From Antedon mediterranea (taxonomy: Eukaryota; Animalia; Echinodermata): a stretch of DNA of 64,000 nt. The stretch covers positions 6,340,422 through 6,404,421 of the forward strand of contig NC_092678.1 of the NCBI RefSeq assembly GCF_964355755.1, written 5' to 3'. Shown piece by piece: positions 48,380 to 61,637 of the stretch. Numbering within the stretch: the first letter of the stretch is position 1; every line of letters begins with the position of its first letter. A program made the position numbers and the translations under genes. The notes under the pieces were generated by a model. It had not been told where the DNA came from, did no database searches, and worked only from the letters and a program-made list of their open reading frames with translations.

Positions 48380-49914
48380 AATTTGTGGCAACTAACAAAC
48401 TGATTCACTTGTGTGAATGTGTACAGTAGAAATCTAGGTGCCAAAACTAGAAAAAAATATCTATAAAATGCATTATTTGCCTTCAAGAATCTTGCACATG
48501 ATGGTATTAAAGGTCAATTCACACACGAATATAAACGCACATCTTTTATATTTAGTATTCATCAATGTTTCTTTAGCCTTTGGCGTACTTTTTTATGAAG
48601 CTATTGAAACAGGTCTCATGAGTGTTCTGCTGCTGTTTATAGCTGTAGGCCTTGATAATGTAAACTTGGCATTATTCCTACTGGACCCATAAATGTGCGC
48701 TAAAAGTGGTGTTATATTCCATATTGAGTAACACCACATAATTAGATGTTGAAATAATGCTTTGTTTAAATGTAAACATTTGAACATTCAGTGTTACTAT
48801 AGGACACTACTGCCTGTATTTGTATTGAGTGCTATTTGTGTATTGAGTGCTGCAACTCACTCTTAATGTACTTTTTGAATTGAGTAGTCTACTCTTTGTA
48901 TTACAGTAAGTTCGTTATGCTTTATTTTTTAATGGGCTATATTATTAATACAGAATAAGTGTGTGAATTTGACTCCCTCTAAACAAGAATTTAGTTCTTG
49001 TAGCCAAGGCTGGCATGAGCACGATCAAACGTCCAGCCCTTTGATCGAACATATGGCTTAGTGTTGGCGTGGTACTTGTGGTGGTACAAATGTTTAAGTT
49101 TATTTAATTCATTTTCGTTGTATTGCATAGAGAATTCCACATCACATTGGATCTAGTATCAGGTTCTTGAATGTTATCATCATGTACTGTACAAACTACA
49201 ATACTGTAGATAATGGGGTTAGTCACCCCAGTATATATTGAAAATACAGAAACCTGTTGCTTACTTTAATACAAGTCGCTCTTTCACACAGTTTTAGCAT
49301 AGGTCTACATTCCAAAATGCTAGTAACATAGTGGGACTTCACCCTGTGACTCACATAGGTCAGCCCCCCTGCTACCTACTGCTTGGTTCTCTACATTCCT
49401 GTGGTTGATTTCATATCATCCGGATGTGCTACCATTATTAATAGTCATCCTTTCTGTCCCCTCCCCCTTTTATATTTTTAATTTTGGGTTAAATAAATAT
49501 TTTACACATTAATAATATGTTCTGCCCTTGACACACATGCAGTTTTAAAACACAAAAAATAAAATAAAATAAAAAATATGATGAAGAAGTCATTATGCAC
49601 AACAGACAAATTGAGTATGATTTATTAAGAAGCATAAGTCCTTCTCAAGTTTAAAAACTTGATATACTGTACTACTTAAAATACTAAATTCATTATTTAT
49701 AAGGAGGACCACAAGTGGTTTAAAATGTTTTGGGAAATTTTGGAACCAAACCAATTACTATTGTATAAGTGGTCTTTTCAAGATGCTTTTAGAGGATTGT
49801 CTCATACCTTAAAATAAACATAAATACGGTAGTTGATTTGATCAGACTAGACTGCTTTAATTTGTGTTAAATCTATTCTTACTTATATCATTTTTAAATT
49901 AACATTTTACATTA

Positions 49915-50234
49915 CAGTATAACCCTTTCTTCGGGACACTCCTATTGAGGGGACAATTTCCTGTTAAACAAATGAAGGGACACTACGACTACCCCTATTC
50001 ATACATAGGACATCCCTATCAAGGAGACACTTACAGTAGTTGGTTCTGAAGGCGTCCCTACGACTACCCCTATTCATACATAGGACATCCCTATCAAGGA
50101 GACACTTACAGTAGTTGGTTCTGAAGGCGTCCTTATAATAGGGTTCTACTGTGAATAACTTTTATTTATGGGACATCCCTATTATGGGTACATTTGTTGG
50201 GTCCTGAAGGTGTCCCTTATAGTGTTTCTACTGT
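49915..50234. mobile_element. MITE family B copy with internal ~74-bp tandem duplication and adjacent partial copy
   Basis: TA|CAGTATAACCC...GGGTTCTACTG (50151). CTACGACTACCCCTATTC...CTGAAGGCGTCC occurs twice. Confidence 0.7.
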
Positions 50235-51899
50235 TCTATTGAATTTAAAGTATCCTATGTCTCTTTATTTTAAGCCACAATCGTTATAATTCCAGACAAT
50301 CATGATATGATTAGATGATCTGTAAAAACTTCCACATCTTTTGCAGCATAAATAATGCATTGCATATGCTGCTAATTTGAATATGATTGTGTTGTAATTT
50401 TCTATTTATAGTGTTCACAATGTGTTGTGCGTTTGTTGTGTTTCTCAAGGTATGTGTAAACACTAATCAAATCAAAAGAAATTCCCAATTTTATCCCCGG
50501 ATGGATAACAATACTTTTCTTCGTCTGAAATCTGTTCAGAGCATTGTTATTTCGAATTTATGGTTTGCGTTGCGTTTTTCAAACTGCTCATTTGTGGCGT
50601 CCGTCCGCATCACGACTAACGTGTAAATAATCACACTTTTTTGTATTAACTTTAGCGTGCAACTCTGAGATGAGGTTGATAAAATATTTACATAAACTTT
50701 AACACTACTAGTGGAAATTTAATATTGAATTACAATTTCAAGTATATTTGAAACCAGTTTTACATTTCCTGAAATTTTATTTATAATTTATTTATTTATG
50801 AGGATAAAAAATGTGCGCAAATGAATGGTTTTCGTTAATGATTTACTTTTAATTTTGACAAACGATAGGCCAAATCGCATGTGTATCAATTATAAAATTT
50901 GAAATATAAAACAGAGGAGACCTATGTCCAGTATTCATGGGACATCCCTACAGTATTCAAAGGAAACTTTGTTCCCGAAGGTGTCCCCTTAATAGAGTAT
51001 AAATCTTTACCTATGCATTGAATGAAGATACAGATAAAAACCTCTTTTTATTCGGCCAAATATTTCGAATTTGATAATAAATTTCATAAAATATAATATT
51101 CTGTCTATGTGATACATAGTTTCACCGTTCTACTTCAGAAATTCTTAGATAAATTCTCTGACCTAGATAAAGATATGTCCATGAAGTTTAAGCCCCAATT
51201 ATCACTCTGTCATATTCTTCCTACACACGATTATATAGATCCATCATTTTGTGTTTGATAATAAAATTTCTGCCATAAAATATACGACTGTTATTCTTAC
51301 ATTGTGTAATGCTATATAAATTCACCATTTGCTCGAATATAATATAATCCAATATTGGAAACGCTCAGCCTGCCTTTGCACGCAATAAGCCGCCGATCTA
51401 CAGGTTGACAGGATTTCATTGATTTTGATATCCAATAACATGCATGCATAATTACCACGATCGCAAAAGCTTTTGCAATGAACATATACTGTAGTGACTA
51501 GCAGTACATTTGGCTAGATCTACTACAATGTATTTACCTTATTCGTAATGGCTTGCCTCTGTTGCTGTTTTAATGAGAGAATCATAATTTATCCTACCTA
51601 GCGGTTAGCAGTATATTTATTGACGACGTTTTCTCATTTCCATATTCATTCATGAATTCTTGTTTAATCGTTTACAATTACATTGACCATTTAAATAGAA
51701 TTTGTCTATTAAACATGGAATAATTATTTTTGGATCAAATAATTGTTGATACATTAATTTTCAATGAGAATCTAAAGCCAAATTTATTATATAAAGGGAC
51801 AACCTACAAAATACATTTTTATTATTTGTCAATGTATCATCTTGTAAAAATTTACATAATATATTACCATACTCAGATACTCCTTTCTTTTGGAAACTA

Positions 51900-52160
51900 C
51901 TATTTAAGGAACATTCCTCTTTAAGGGACACTCCTATTCAAGGAACACACCCATTTAAGGGACACCCCTCTCCAGGGGACACTCCTATTCAAGGAACACA
52001 CCCATTTAAGGGACACCCCTCTCCAGGGGACACTCCTATTTAAGGAACACCCCTCTCCAGGGGACACTCATATTCAAGGGACACACCCATTTAAGGGACA
52101 CTCCTATTCAAGGGACACCCCCCATTTAAGGGACACCCCTCTCCAGGGGACACTCCTATT
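51900..52160. repeat. 18-19-bp minisatellite derived from MITE family B, with higher-order period
   Basis: Alternating AAGGGACACTCCTATTC / AAGGAACACACCCATTT / AAGGGACACCCCTCTCC units. Confidence 0.9.
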
Positions 52161-53338
52161 ATAAAAGCAACATTTTCCATGAAACAAACAAGTGGTAATA
52201 TTGTATATTACTACAGTATGTTTTAACACTATTTACAACCTTTAACAAAGGTTACATTATATTATATTCCTTAAAACCAGTACTGACATTTATACATGTT
52301 ACTTTGACCATTAGGCTATAACGGTCAAGTGAAACATTATGGACAATTGTCTTAAAAATTGACAACCAAATACTGTAAACCTCATGTCATTTGTATTGAA
52401 AAAAATTGTAACATACACATTGATATTAGAAATATCAATTATTTCATAATGTCGCCATATTGCATTACTAGCGCATCTCTAATATTAATCAACATCTTTT
52501 ATCTATACCTTTTGTGTACACTTCACGCTTGAATGACCTGTGTGACCTCGTTGTGAACTCTGCCGTGAACCTACTATCATTATCAATCCAAGCGTGTTGC
52601 AGCGAGTTGGCTCGACACTGAAACTGTTTGATAAGATATGTTTTCTTAACGATAACTTGTGATGATTTCAAATTTTTTCCATAGGCTTTCAAATAATATG
52701 TAAATTTATGGATCAAAATTATTCTACTGCAGTTACTGCAGTAACTACATAATATTGTTACTGCAATAGCGTATGCTTTTAGTTAATTGTTTCATTGTAG
52801 AATAAGGCAGTCTTTTCAATTAACATTGTGTATGATTACCAAAAAAAGGTAGTTAAATAATTGTAATATGCAAAAATAGTCATGGTCCCTCTGTAGAATG
52901 AAGGTGATTAAAATCCTGTAATTATACAGTATTTTGATCATCCATTAGTGAAAATGTACAGGAATATAGCAGTATTATTAACAATTATTTATAATAATGA
53001 ACCTTCTTCTATTATATTAAGATTTGCTCATTTTACTAATGGTAATACAAATTTTTTCTTACTTAATTAGAGGAAAATTCTAGAAACTAGCAAGATGTAG
53101 CCTACTGTAGTACCCTAAAAGGGTATGGAAAAAAGTGGAAATTTATTGAATCCTAAATTTGTGGTTATTTCTTATTGAAATGATTGAAATCATTCATTAA
53201 ATATCAGATTCTTTACAAAATTAAATTTATTCATAAATTGATTAGCTATTAATAATTCTTAATCTGTCATCAACCTAAACTCAATATGATTAAATTCATA
53301 TTTTAATGATTAATAATAAATACATGAGCAAGTTATTC

Positions 53339-53900
53339 ATTGGTTATCCGTTGGTTATCCGCAACTTGTAAAGTTGCGGATAACCCTTGTGATTGTAAAT
53401 AACTTTTTTTTTTATCTTCATCATCTTTTTTATTCTTCTTTCTTTCCCGGAATTTTGTTCGCAGCATATCTCTTACTCTGGTCAACATAAGATTGTATAA
53501 CTTTGTCATAAGATTGACCTGTAGCTGTAGATGTGCAAGAAAATTCGTTATATGACGTTAGAGTCGCGCAGCATGAGTTACGCGCGATTTTATGAATTTA
53601 AATGGTTGATCATAGATTATAAACCAAAAGTCATTTTTTATTGATACTTGGTGAAAATTTAAGTCATATCAAGGGCGAACTTTCTATGGATTAAAAATGG
53701 CATGTTTCACAAGAAGTTACGCGCGCACGCGCATTTAAAATTTCAAACGCTGATCATGACATTTTGAGCATGTCAAAAATTCCCACGCGCGAATCGCAAG
53801 GTGCGCACGGAGCATGAAAATCATGTGTTCTTCTCTTGAATTATGATTTTACAGCCTTAATTCCTAGTCATTTTAAAAAAGATTGACATCATTTCAAATT
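53339..53900 (+). mobile_element. Second HINE/DINE-1-like element, 3' end not found
   Basis: 5' hairpin GGTTATCCGCAACTT-GTA-AAGTTGCGGATAACC (53353-53385), then a T/C simple repeat. Shares TACGCGCGATTT with the 4901-6364 element at a similar distance from the 5' hairpin. Right boundary approximate. Confidence 0.65.
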
Positions 53901-54409
53901 AAAATGAGGTATTCAATTATAATTTGATTATGATAACACATAATATAATATAGAGTAATTGTGATAATGATTGTGTTTTCATTGACAGTTTCTCTTGTAA
54001 AATGTTTACATATTAATGTTGATAATTATAAATTAACAGTCGCTTATCGTCAACATGGTCGTCATCCTGTCTCCTGTAATGTATTGTGCAATGCCTCAGT
54101 GTCTGCGAGTTTCTTTTAGGAGATGAATAAAATGCTTTAAGAAATAGCATTCCAAACTATATAACAGCATTATCATAGTGCATCCGTATTACATGATTTT
54201 CTGTAGACTAAACTTCTGTGGTCATATACACCGTAAGGAAATAAGTTTATAATTTATTTAAATTTATGTGAAATACTAAAGGGAGATGTCTCACTTATGT
54301 GAGATTGTTGAATACTGTACTACCATTTGGGAACTGTATTTTTCTATTGTGCCATGTCGTCGTATTTACCATACACACTTTTTAGGCTAAGAAAATGTAC
54401 TTATACCCG

Positions 54410-56127
54410 CAGGCCTCGAATTTGGGGATTTTAGGGGCAAGGCCATTTGGCCTCCGGTTTTCATTGATTTTAGGGGCACCGAGGCCAAATTGGAGGGCAC
54501 CAAGGCCATTTGTTTTAAATCAAAGGGGCACCAAGGCCAACATTAAAAAATATTTTAATAACTAGGCCAAAATTTAAAAATAGCTTGTTTCCGGTTGAGG
54601 GTGGAATTTTTTCCAAAAAAAAAAAAAATTCTACCCGCAAAATGTTTTGGGGATTTCCCCCTATTCAACAGATCGCGGAGTAGTAGTAGGACTGTCTACA
54701 ATACATCTTTTTGTATTTCATATAAATATTACGTGTATTTACGATCCATATAAATAATAAATAGGTACGATGTTCAGCGTTTATAGTTTTCCTGTGTTGA
54801 ATGTTTCGTTTAGTTTCAAATAATGCGATAAAAACGCATGTGAAGCCAACCAAGTAAGGCCCGGAACAGGTATAAAAACCCTTACAACAGCAAGCTACTC
54901 AGCCTTACTTAGCTAGCAGCCGACGGAGAAAACATGATTCAAAAACAATTTGTTTGTAGGCCTTTACCTACAACTATGCATACACAGAGTGTTAACCACG
55001 GTAAAAATCAAGCCAATGACATTATGTAGTAGAATATAAATTATAGTTATTTTCCGAGTTTCGATTTCTGAAGCTTTTTTGTTAGTATAACCCATATTTA
55101 AAAGAATTCAAAACACGGACGGACACCGACCCCTTTCTCTCTCTGTTTAGACTTCGGCACGTGTATTCTGGACTATACCATTTCCTTGAATTCGGTAAAA
55201 ACGCGTTTGGTAATTTAGTGTACGACGTTGTTAAACAAGATTTTTCGATGACCTGTCTGCTGGATTATTGAGGTGGGTGCGATAAAATACAAATATGATA
55301 TACTTCCAACGATCTTCGGGTTGAGGTGCAGGTTTAACTTTGGTTCTAAAGGTAAACACCCCTAATTTTACACATATAATGGACTACACCATGCAGGAAC
55401 GCACATGGTATTTTCTTCTCAGAGGGTGCGTGTACGTCAAAAGGAATTGTTTTTCCAACGATCTGATCCTTCGCGCGTACTCGACTCTCACACGACGTTT
55501 TGTGTGTGAAATTTCTTATCAGAGGGTGCGTGTGCGTCAAATAGAATTGTTTTCCCAATGCATTGAATTTGCGTGTGTTCGATCGACCGGATCGGCGGCG
55601 GGAGGATAGGCTAGCTAGGAGTGCGTGTAAATTTTTTTCACCGAAGGCGGCTAGCTCGATTATTGTGCGACTTTAATACTTTCAGTAACCTCCGATCGAG
55701 GAACGTTTTTAGCTTGATTATTAAAAGTTTACACCCCTGTATTTTAATGTACTATCTATACCATGATTTACCACGCACGGCGGCCGGGATGATATTAGTT
55801 TGGTTACCCTATGGCAATGTTCGATGTTTTGTTTACTGTTTGTGTATTAATAAATGCGTTTAGGGAAATCCCCTTGCAACGAAGACAGCTCAGGCGATAG
55901 TTTTGCGTCTGGTCCGAGTCGTGTAAACAAATCTTCTTGACATTATTTTCTATCTAATTCAGTGGTTTTTATAGTGGTAAAACTCGGGAAGGGCACTCGC
56001 GGCCAACGCAAAAAAAAGGGCAGGCCAGTAGTGGCCGTGGGTGCTATTCATTTTCGAGGGCATTGAGGCCAACTGGGAGGGCACCGACGGCACTGGCCGC
56101 GGTGGCCGCGGTAAAATTCGAGGCCTG
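54410..56127. mobile_element. 1718-bp non-autonomous hAT-like transposon
   Basis: Perfect 14-bp TIR CAGGCCTCGAATTT. TACCCG directly flanks both ends. GGGCACC(A/G)AGGCCA-like subterminal repeats at both ends. Confidence 0.88.
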
Positions 56128-56347
56128 TACCCGTAACATAAAAAATCTCATATCTAAATGAATACCATTTAAAGGAAATCCTTACATGTTTATAGACTTA
56201 AGTGAAATACTTATTTATAGGAAATTTTTCACTTAAAGTGTAATCGGTTAAAACTGCCATTGGGCTCTAATATTGCCATTGGGCTCTTATATTTTTCCAT
56301 TTCTTGGCACCTGATGTACAGATGGTCAAGAAACAAACTCAGAAATT

Positions 56348-56525
56348 AGGCTCGGTTCTTACTTAGATGTACTGTAACACGTTGACGTACAGTACATGCA
56401 ACCCGAGTGAAGTGACCAATCACAAGCGACAGGTTCGATGATCCCTCACGTCATGATAAGTCAAATTATTTATGATGTTCTTATATAGTATGTCCCTGCG
56501 TTGTTGCATCCTAATAAGAACTCTT
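56348..56525. mobile_element. Degenerate Harbinger-like MITE family D
   Basis: GGCTCGGTTCTTACTTAGATG...GCATCCTAATAAGAAC. Internal TGACCAATCACAAGCGACAG is shared in reverse with ~1376-1490 and ~57974-58080. Confidence 0.5.
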
Positions 56526-57155
56526 TAATATTTTATTTAATTATTCTATCATGCTGTGAGTTACAGAAAACAATTCGTTTATGGACACACAGTTTAAATA
56601 TATAAAGATGGGAGACATGTAATGTATGACAGTAGCCAGTTCTTATTAACAGATAGCAGCTGACAAACCATTTAAACAACTTGAACTTTGTTCTCAATTA
56701 TAAAAAAAAACCATTTAATTATAAAGGAAGCTATCATTTATCTAATTGTACATAGTCGGCAGTAGAATAAATAATAATTGTACACATACAAAGAAATAGA
56801 TATTTTACAGCGTTGCTATTATGCAAATATCTCAATTATTTCTATTATTATATAATCAATTATTTCTATTATTCATCCTTTTAATTGAAATTCTATCCAT
56901 GCAGACAATACAAGCATTGTGCTTGCTCTTTATGTTGCGGTAATGATAAAAGGTCTTTTGGTTTTCGTTGCTTACTGCATAATGAACTAATACTAATTAA
57001 TTGCACCAATTCTATCATGCTGTGTTATAAAGAGAGTAGCAGAAAACAATTCGTTTATGGACACACAGTTTAAATATAATGTATGACACTTGTGGATCTA
57101 CAAGTGTGTTGATAAGCTAGAAAATGTATACAGATGCTTGATTTCACAACTTTTA

Positions 57156-57308
57156 AGCTCTGTCCACACTATCAAAAAAATGTGCTGTGCCCATGGACAT
57201 GATGATGTCATATCACTACAATATTTAAGCATATCACTACTACCATATTTAGGCACATCACACTTTTTTGTCAAACTAGTTAATTAGTTTGATAGTGTAG
57301 ACAGAGCT
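57156..57308 (+). mobile_element. MITE family A copy, full length
   Basis: TTA|AGCTCTGTCCACACTATCAAA ... TTTGATAGTGTAGACAGAGCT|TTA. Confidence 0.9.
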
Positions 57309-59544
57309 TTAGTACTGCTTTGATATTTCTTGTATGTTACACTTACAGTTACACACATATAAACAATCTTTTCTTGAGTTCTGTCATAGAGAATATTAAG
57401 AAATTAATTCATTTTAATCGGTATAGTACTGTTGCACCAATATAAAAGGTAAAGGTGAGTCCTATATTCATTCTGAACATAGTGCAATGACATGCATGTT
57501 AGGATCTCATAGTATAGCCTTATTATGTGGTAGTTCCTTTCCACGCCTTTTTCTTTCTAGCATCAGGAGATGAACCCGGATGATAGTCGAGCGTCATAAA
57601 CCACTCCTGCTTAACCATACACCCATCTGCCTTGAATTAACAAACTTGGTCACTCACCTCTCAATACAATGTTACAAATATTTATTGAATTAATGTTTTG
57701 TCTGCTTAAATTTCCTCATCTGTGATCTCATGATAATTTGGTGAATGCTTAAATATGTTGTTGATGTCTCTAACTAACAATAAATAAACCTGCATTTTAT
57801 GTGTTGGTTTTTCCCCTTGATCAAACTTCCCCTTTTTCAACTTTGATGATTATTCGTTGATTATGTTAATATCTGAATAGATTATGCTTATTATGGAAGG
57901 AGTCATGTCATTAAATTGCATATGTGTTCCAATAATTTAAAATAGTTGGGTCTTAGATTGCTAGAATGATATAAGCTTGATTCCCACTAGGATGTAACAC
58001 AATGACATACACAATCTGGGTGACAAGTGACTGTTTTGAATAATCTGTCGCTTGTGATTGGTCAAATTACTTGCAATGCGCTTACCAGATAGGTACGGTA
58101 CTGTTGTTTTAGAAGGGCAAACCAAACATTTATTTTTCTAGTTATTACATCCATATCTTAAAAATGTGCACATAAAGGAATATATAAAAACAAATAGTAA
58201 ATGAAAAATTATAGTAAATTATCTTTAAATGAGGATTAAGGATCAAATCTGTTGTATAAAACTTCTCCCTAAACAGTCGCTCTTCTATTGGACCTAAGCC
58301 TTTTTCTAACCTCTTTCCTGACATGATAATGATATAGGCTTATAAGTAAATTGTACTACAGTATATAATCTTGATTGAAAGTGTTTATCTGGTTTGAAGT
58401 ATATTATCTTGTTGCAATACTTATATCATAAATTATTTAATCTGTACAGTATATGGGTTTCTTTAAATGCACCACCTCTCCAAGGTCGCCCAGCGCAAAC
58501 TACAAAGCAACTAGTGGAGTAAGAAATCCATTCTTCCTATGTCTTCTATTGTTTTCAAGAGTAAGAAAAATCAATACAATTTGCGGCATAAAAGTATGTA
58601 GTGTTTTTCCCACCAGTCACGCAACAATCAGCTGCAAGTGCAGACAATGTAACCATTTTGCAGCCACCTTTGAAGGTAAAAAAATTGCAAATTTAGAGTA
58701 ATTAAAAATATCTAGGCTGACAGATGTTGACTGCAGGTGATTTCAGCCTTAAATCTGTCAAATAGAAAGTGGAAAGTATTATGAATAACTTATTTCTTTG
58801 TAGCTATATAATTAATTTTACAGTAGTTGTAATTTGTATGTAGAATTTTAATCAAAGTAAACATGTACTGGAGTTAATAAGTATTGTCATCCCAAATTAA
58901 ATTTTCTATCTAAATATAAATTTCCCATGAGAAGCATATCCCATTTGTTGTGTGTTGGATATTTTATGTTAAAGTCTGGAGTCAGTTGCCATAATCACCA
59001 ATATTGTCCTTTAAGTCTTTTATATTTATTTGTTAGATTTTATAACTGCATATCTGAATGCGTTATTTATTTTTAGCTGTTTAAGTTAGATTCTATGAAA
59101 AAACATGTCAAAGTAATCTGAATAAATAAGAAAAAGGTAATGATAAATCAATAAATAAATTTGGTTTCATTAAATTGACGAGAATACAAAATGCGTCAAA
59201 TTGAATTCTCCCAAGGCCGAATTATTCTGGCTACATTATGTTGTTGCATCATTAGTCTAATTGAATCAGGGATAGCTTGTAAATTAATTCAGCTCCTATG
59301 TGTACATACAATTGACAAATGTATGCATGATTTTAAGTTTACAGTGTCTTTCACCCAGTTTCATTTTAAGGCATTTTGCCAAGCTTAATGTGTATTATAC
59401 CTAGCATCCATCTTAATATGCTCTTTTATTATTGTTTAAAGGTTTGCATGGCGAAATAAATTTGTTGATATAAAGTGGTCTGTACACCACCACGTATATT
59501 TAGTTCTTAAAAGAACTGTTGTCAACCTAATATATTTGATCATT

Positions 59545-59590
59545 CTCACTCCTGAGGACGATCAAAGTATATTGATGAAACGTCTAGAAA
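59545..59590 (+). ncRNA. Degenerate minimal hammerhead-like motif (Penelope-like element remnant)
   Basis: CTGAGGA (59552-59558), stem ATCAA/TTGAT around an AGTATA loop, then GAAACGTC (59577-59584). Confidence 0.4.
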
Positions 59591-60402
59591 CTTGTTATTT
59601 GAGGTGTTATCAATGCTCTTTGTAACCTTTTAAAATCTTGATGTCAAACCTTTACTCTTTGACACCCTATGAGTATGAAGCTTGTATACATCTCCAATAG
59701 CAACGGATGTCAGATGGATTCTCTTGGGCTGGCTCAAATATCCATTAGGAAGGCTGGAAATTCTTGGGTTTTAATATTTTACTGATACTATAGCTAACGG
59801 AAATATTACAGAAGTAAGAAAAAATATAAATAAGAAAACAAGCAAGAAGGATTCTGACATATTTAACTCTCAGATTCAATCCATCACACATTTTGAAAGC
59901 CTTTAAGGCGCACTGATTTTATACCTGAGCATTATAATATGGAATAAAAATGCTATATTTGATAGTTAATAATGTCGAATTTATTATGTATATGATTCAA
60001 ACAACGACCAGAGACATATAGTTGGTGTTTTAACATTGATTATTACTATAGTGTAGTGGTAGACCTGTGTTACCTATGTATGCAGCCTGAATACACTTGA
60101 CACCTAAGTGGTTATAAACCTTACAATTATTTCACCTGTTCTGCACCTATTGAGGCTACTGCTGGGATGACACAAGGTTTAATTGTCTATTTTCATTGTA
60201 CATTTGTTTGTGTCTGGTGTGATCAGAATGTTTGTACTGTGGGATGCATTACCTTTCATCTTTATGTTATACTCATGAATTATATTTTTGTCTGAATTGA
60301 AAAATCTTACATAAGGAGTCCGCAATCAAATTTATTTTTGTAATTTTATTTTAAAATAAGTTCATATTGATGCAAAACATCACAAAGTTCTTATTTTAGA
60401 AA

Positions 60403-60645
60403 CAGTAGAACTTCTATTAAGGGAAACCTTCAGGACACAACAAAGTGTACGTCCCCTTTATACCACAACAAAGTGTCCCCTTAAATAGCCTGGTGGTCCC
60501 CTGAATATGAGTTCAAGTCATTCATTTCAGGAGAACATGTTAGATAGCCCTCATCTATTTCGGGGGAAACTGGCATTTATAGAGATGTTCCCCTAATAAT
60601 GGGGATGTTCCCTATATAGTGATTTTTCAAAGGAGGGATCTACTA
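60403..60645. mobile_element. MITE family B copy
   Basis: CAGTAGAACTTCTATTAAGGG ... GAGGGATCTACTA; internal GGACAC/GTCCCC motifs. Confidence 0.6.
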
Positions 60646-61459
60646 TAGTACGTACGGTAATACAGTGATACTGTAGATGTATTCACTAAGACATTACAAA
60701 TGGCGTATACAATATTGTGTGTGGGTCAATACGACACACCGACTGACTAATTTCAAACACAATTTCTAACACTAGCAATTACCACACATTATTGGAGATC
60801 TAGTCTCACGAGGGCAGACTGATGGAAGAAATCGTGTGATTAATCATGATGCACCGTGCACGTGATGAGTTTAACTATTGGTGCTGTGCGTAAGTGATCT
60901 TTATGTGACGTTTCTTTAGTCATATTTATTGATTCGCGTTACCACCAAGCAAAACATTTTAATTAATGTTGCGACTGAATATGTTTATTATAGTCATTCC
61001 ATCTTAATCTGCATACCTGTATTCACTGTCTATTCCTTCAAAATAGTTAGGGACCATGTCAAGATTGTTCTACTGCAGTTACTGCAGTAACTATTTTTTG
61101 CGTACTCTTTAACCTGTTTTACAAGGATTTTTGGAGACTCATTTCGTCACTGATTATGCCAGTGACTACCTCATTCTACTACTTGAAACTAATTGGCATT
61201 TGGCTTAAAGATACCCATTTCCTTCAAATTTTAGATCATTCAATTTAAAACCCATTTCTAATTGAGGACCACTTTTGCTGTGAAGCAGTTCAACACAAAA
61301 TGTATCTGATAGTGATTAGTGATTCTAATGAAAGACCAATGTGGTTAAAAACTGTTATAATAAATGTGTCCTCTTTTATTTAAATAATCTAGCAATCAAT
61401 TAAAATGTGATTATCTCGTAGGGAAACTAAGTTGGCCTCTGTACATCCATAAGATATAA

Positions 61460-61637
61460 AGCTCTGTCTACACTATCAAACTTTACTGTAGTGTATGTGA
61501 CAAAAAATGTGATATGCCCATATATGGACATGATAATGACAAATCACTACCATATTTGGACATATCACTACTACAGTACCATATTTTGACACATCACACT
61601 TTTTTTGTCACACTAGATTGATAGTGTAGACAGAGTT
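61460..61637 (+). mobile_element. MITE family A copy, full length
   Basis: TAA|AGCTCTGTCTACACTATCAAACT ... TTGATAGTGTAGACAGAGTT. Confidence 0.88.

Noticed and set aside
48104-48486. Repeat-protein ORFs (GHITTIF)n, (LDISLPY)n and (CPNMVVI)n
   Set aside because: Translation artefacts of the 21-bp MITE-derived minisatellite.
55340-55863. ORFs inside the hAT-like element as transposase
   Set aside because: No BED finger, DDE or hATC dimerisation motifs recognisable.
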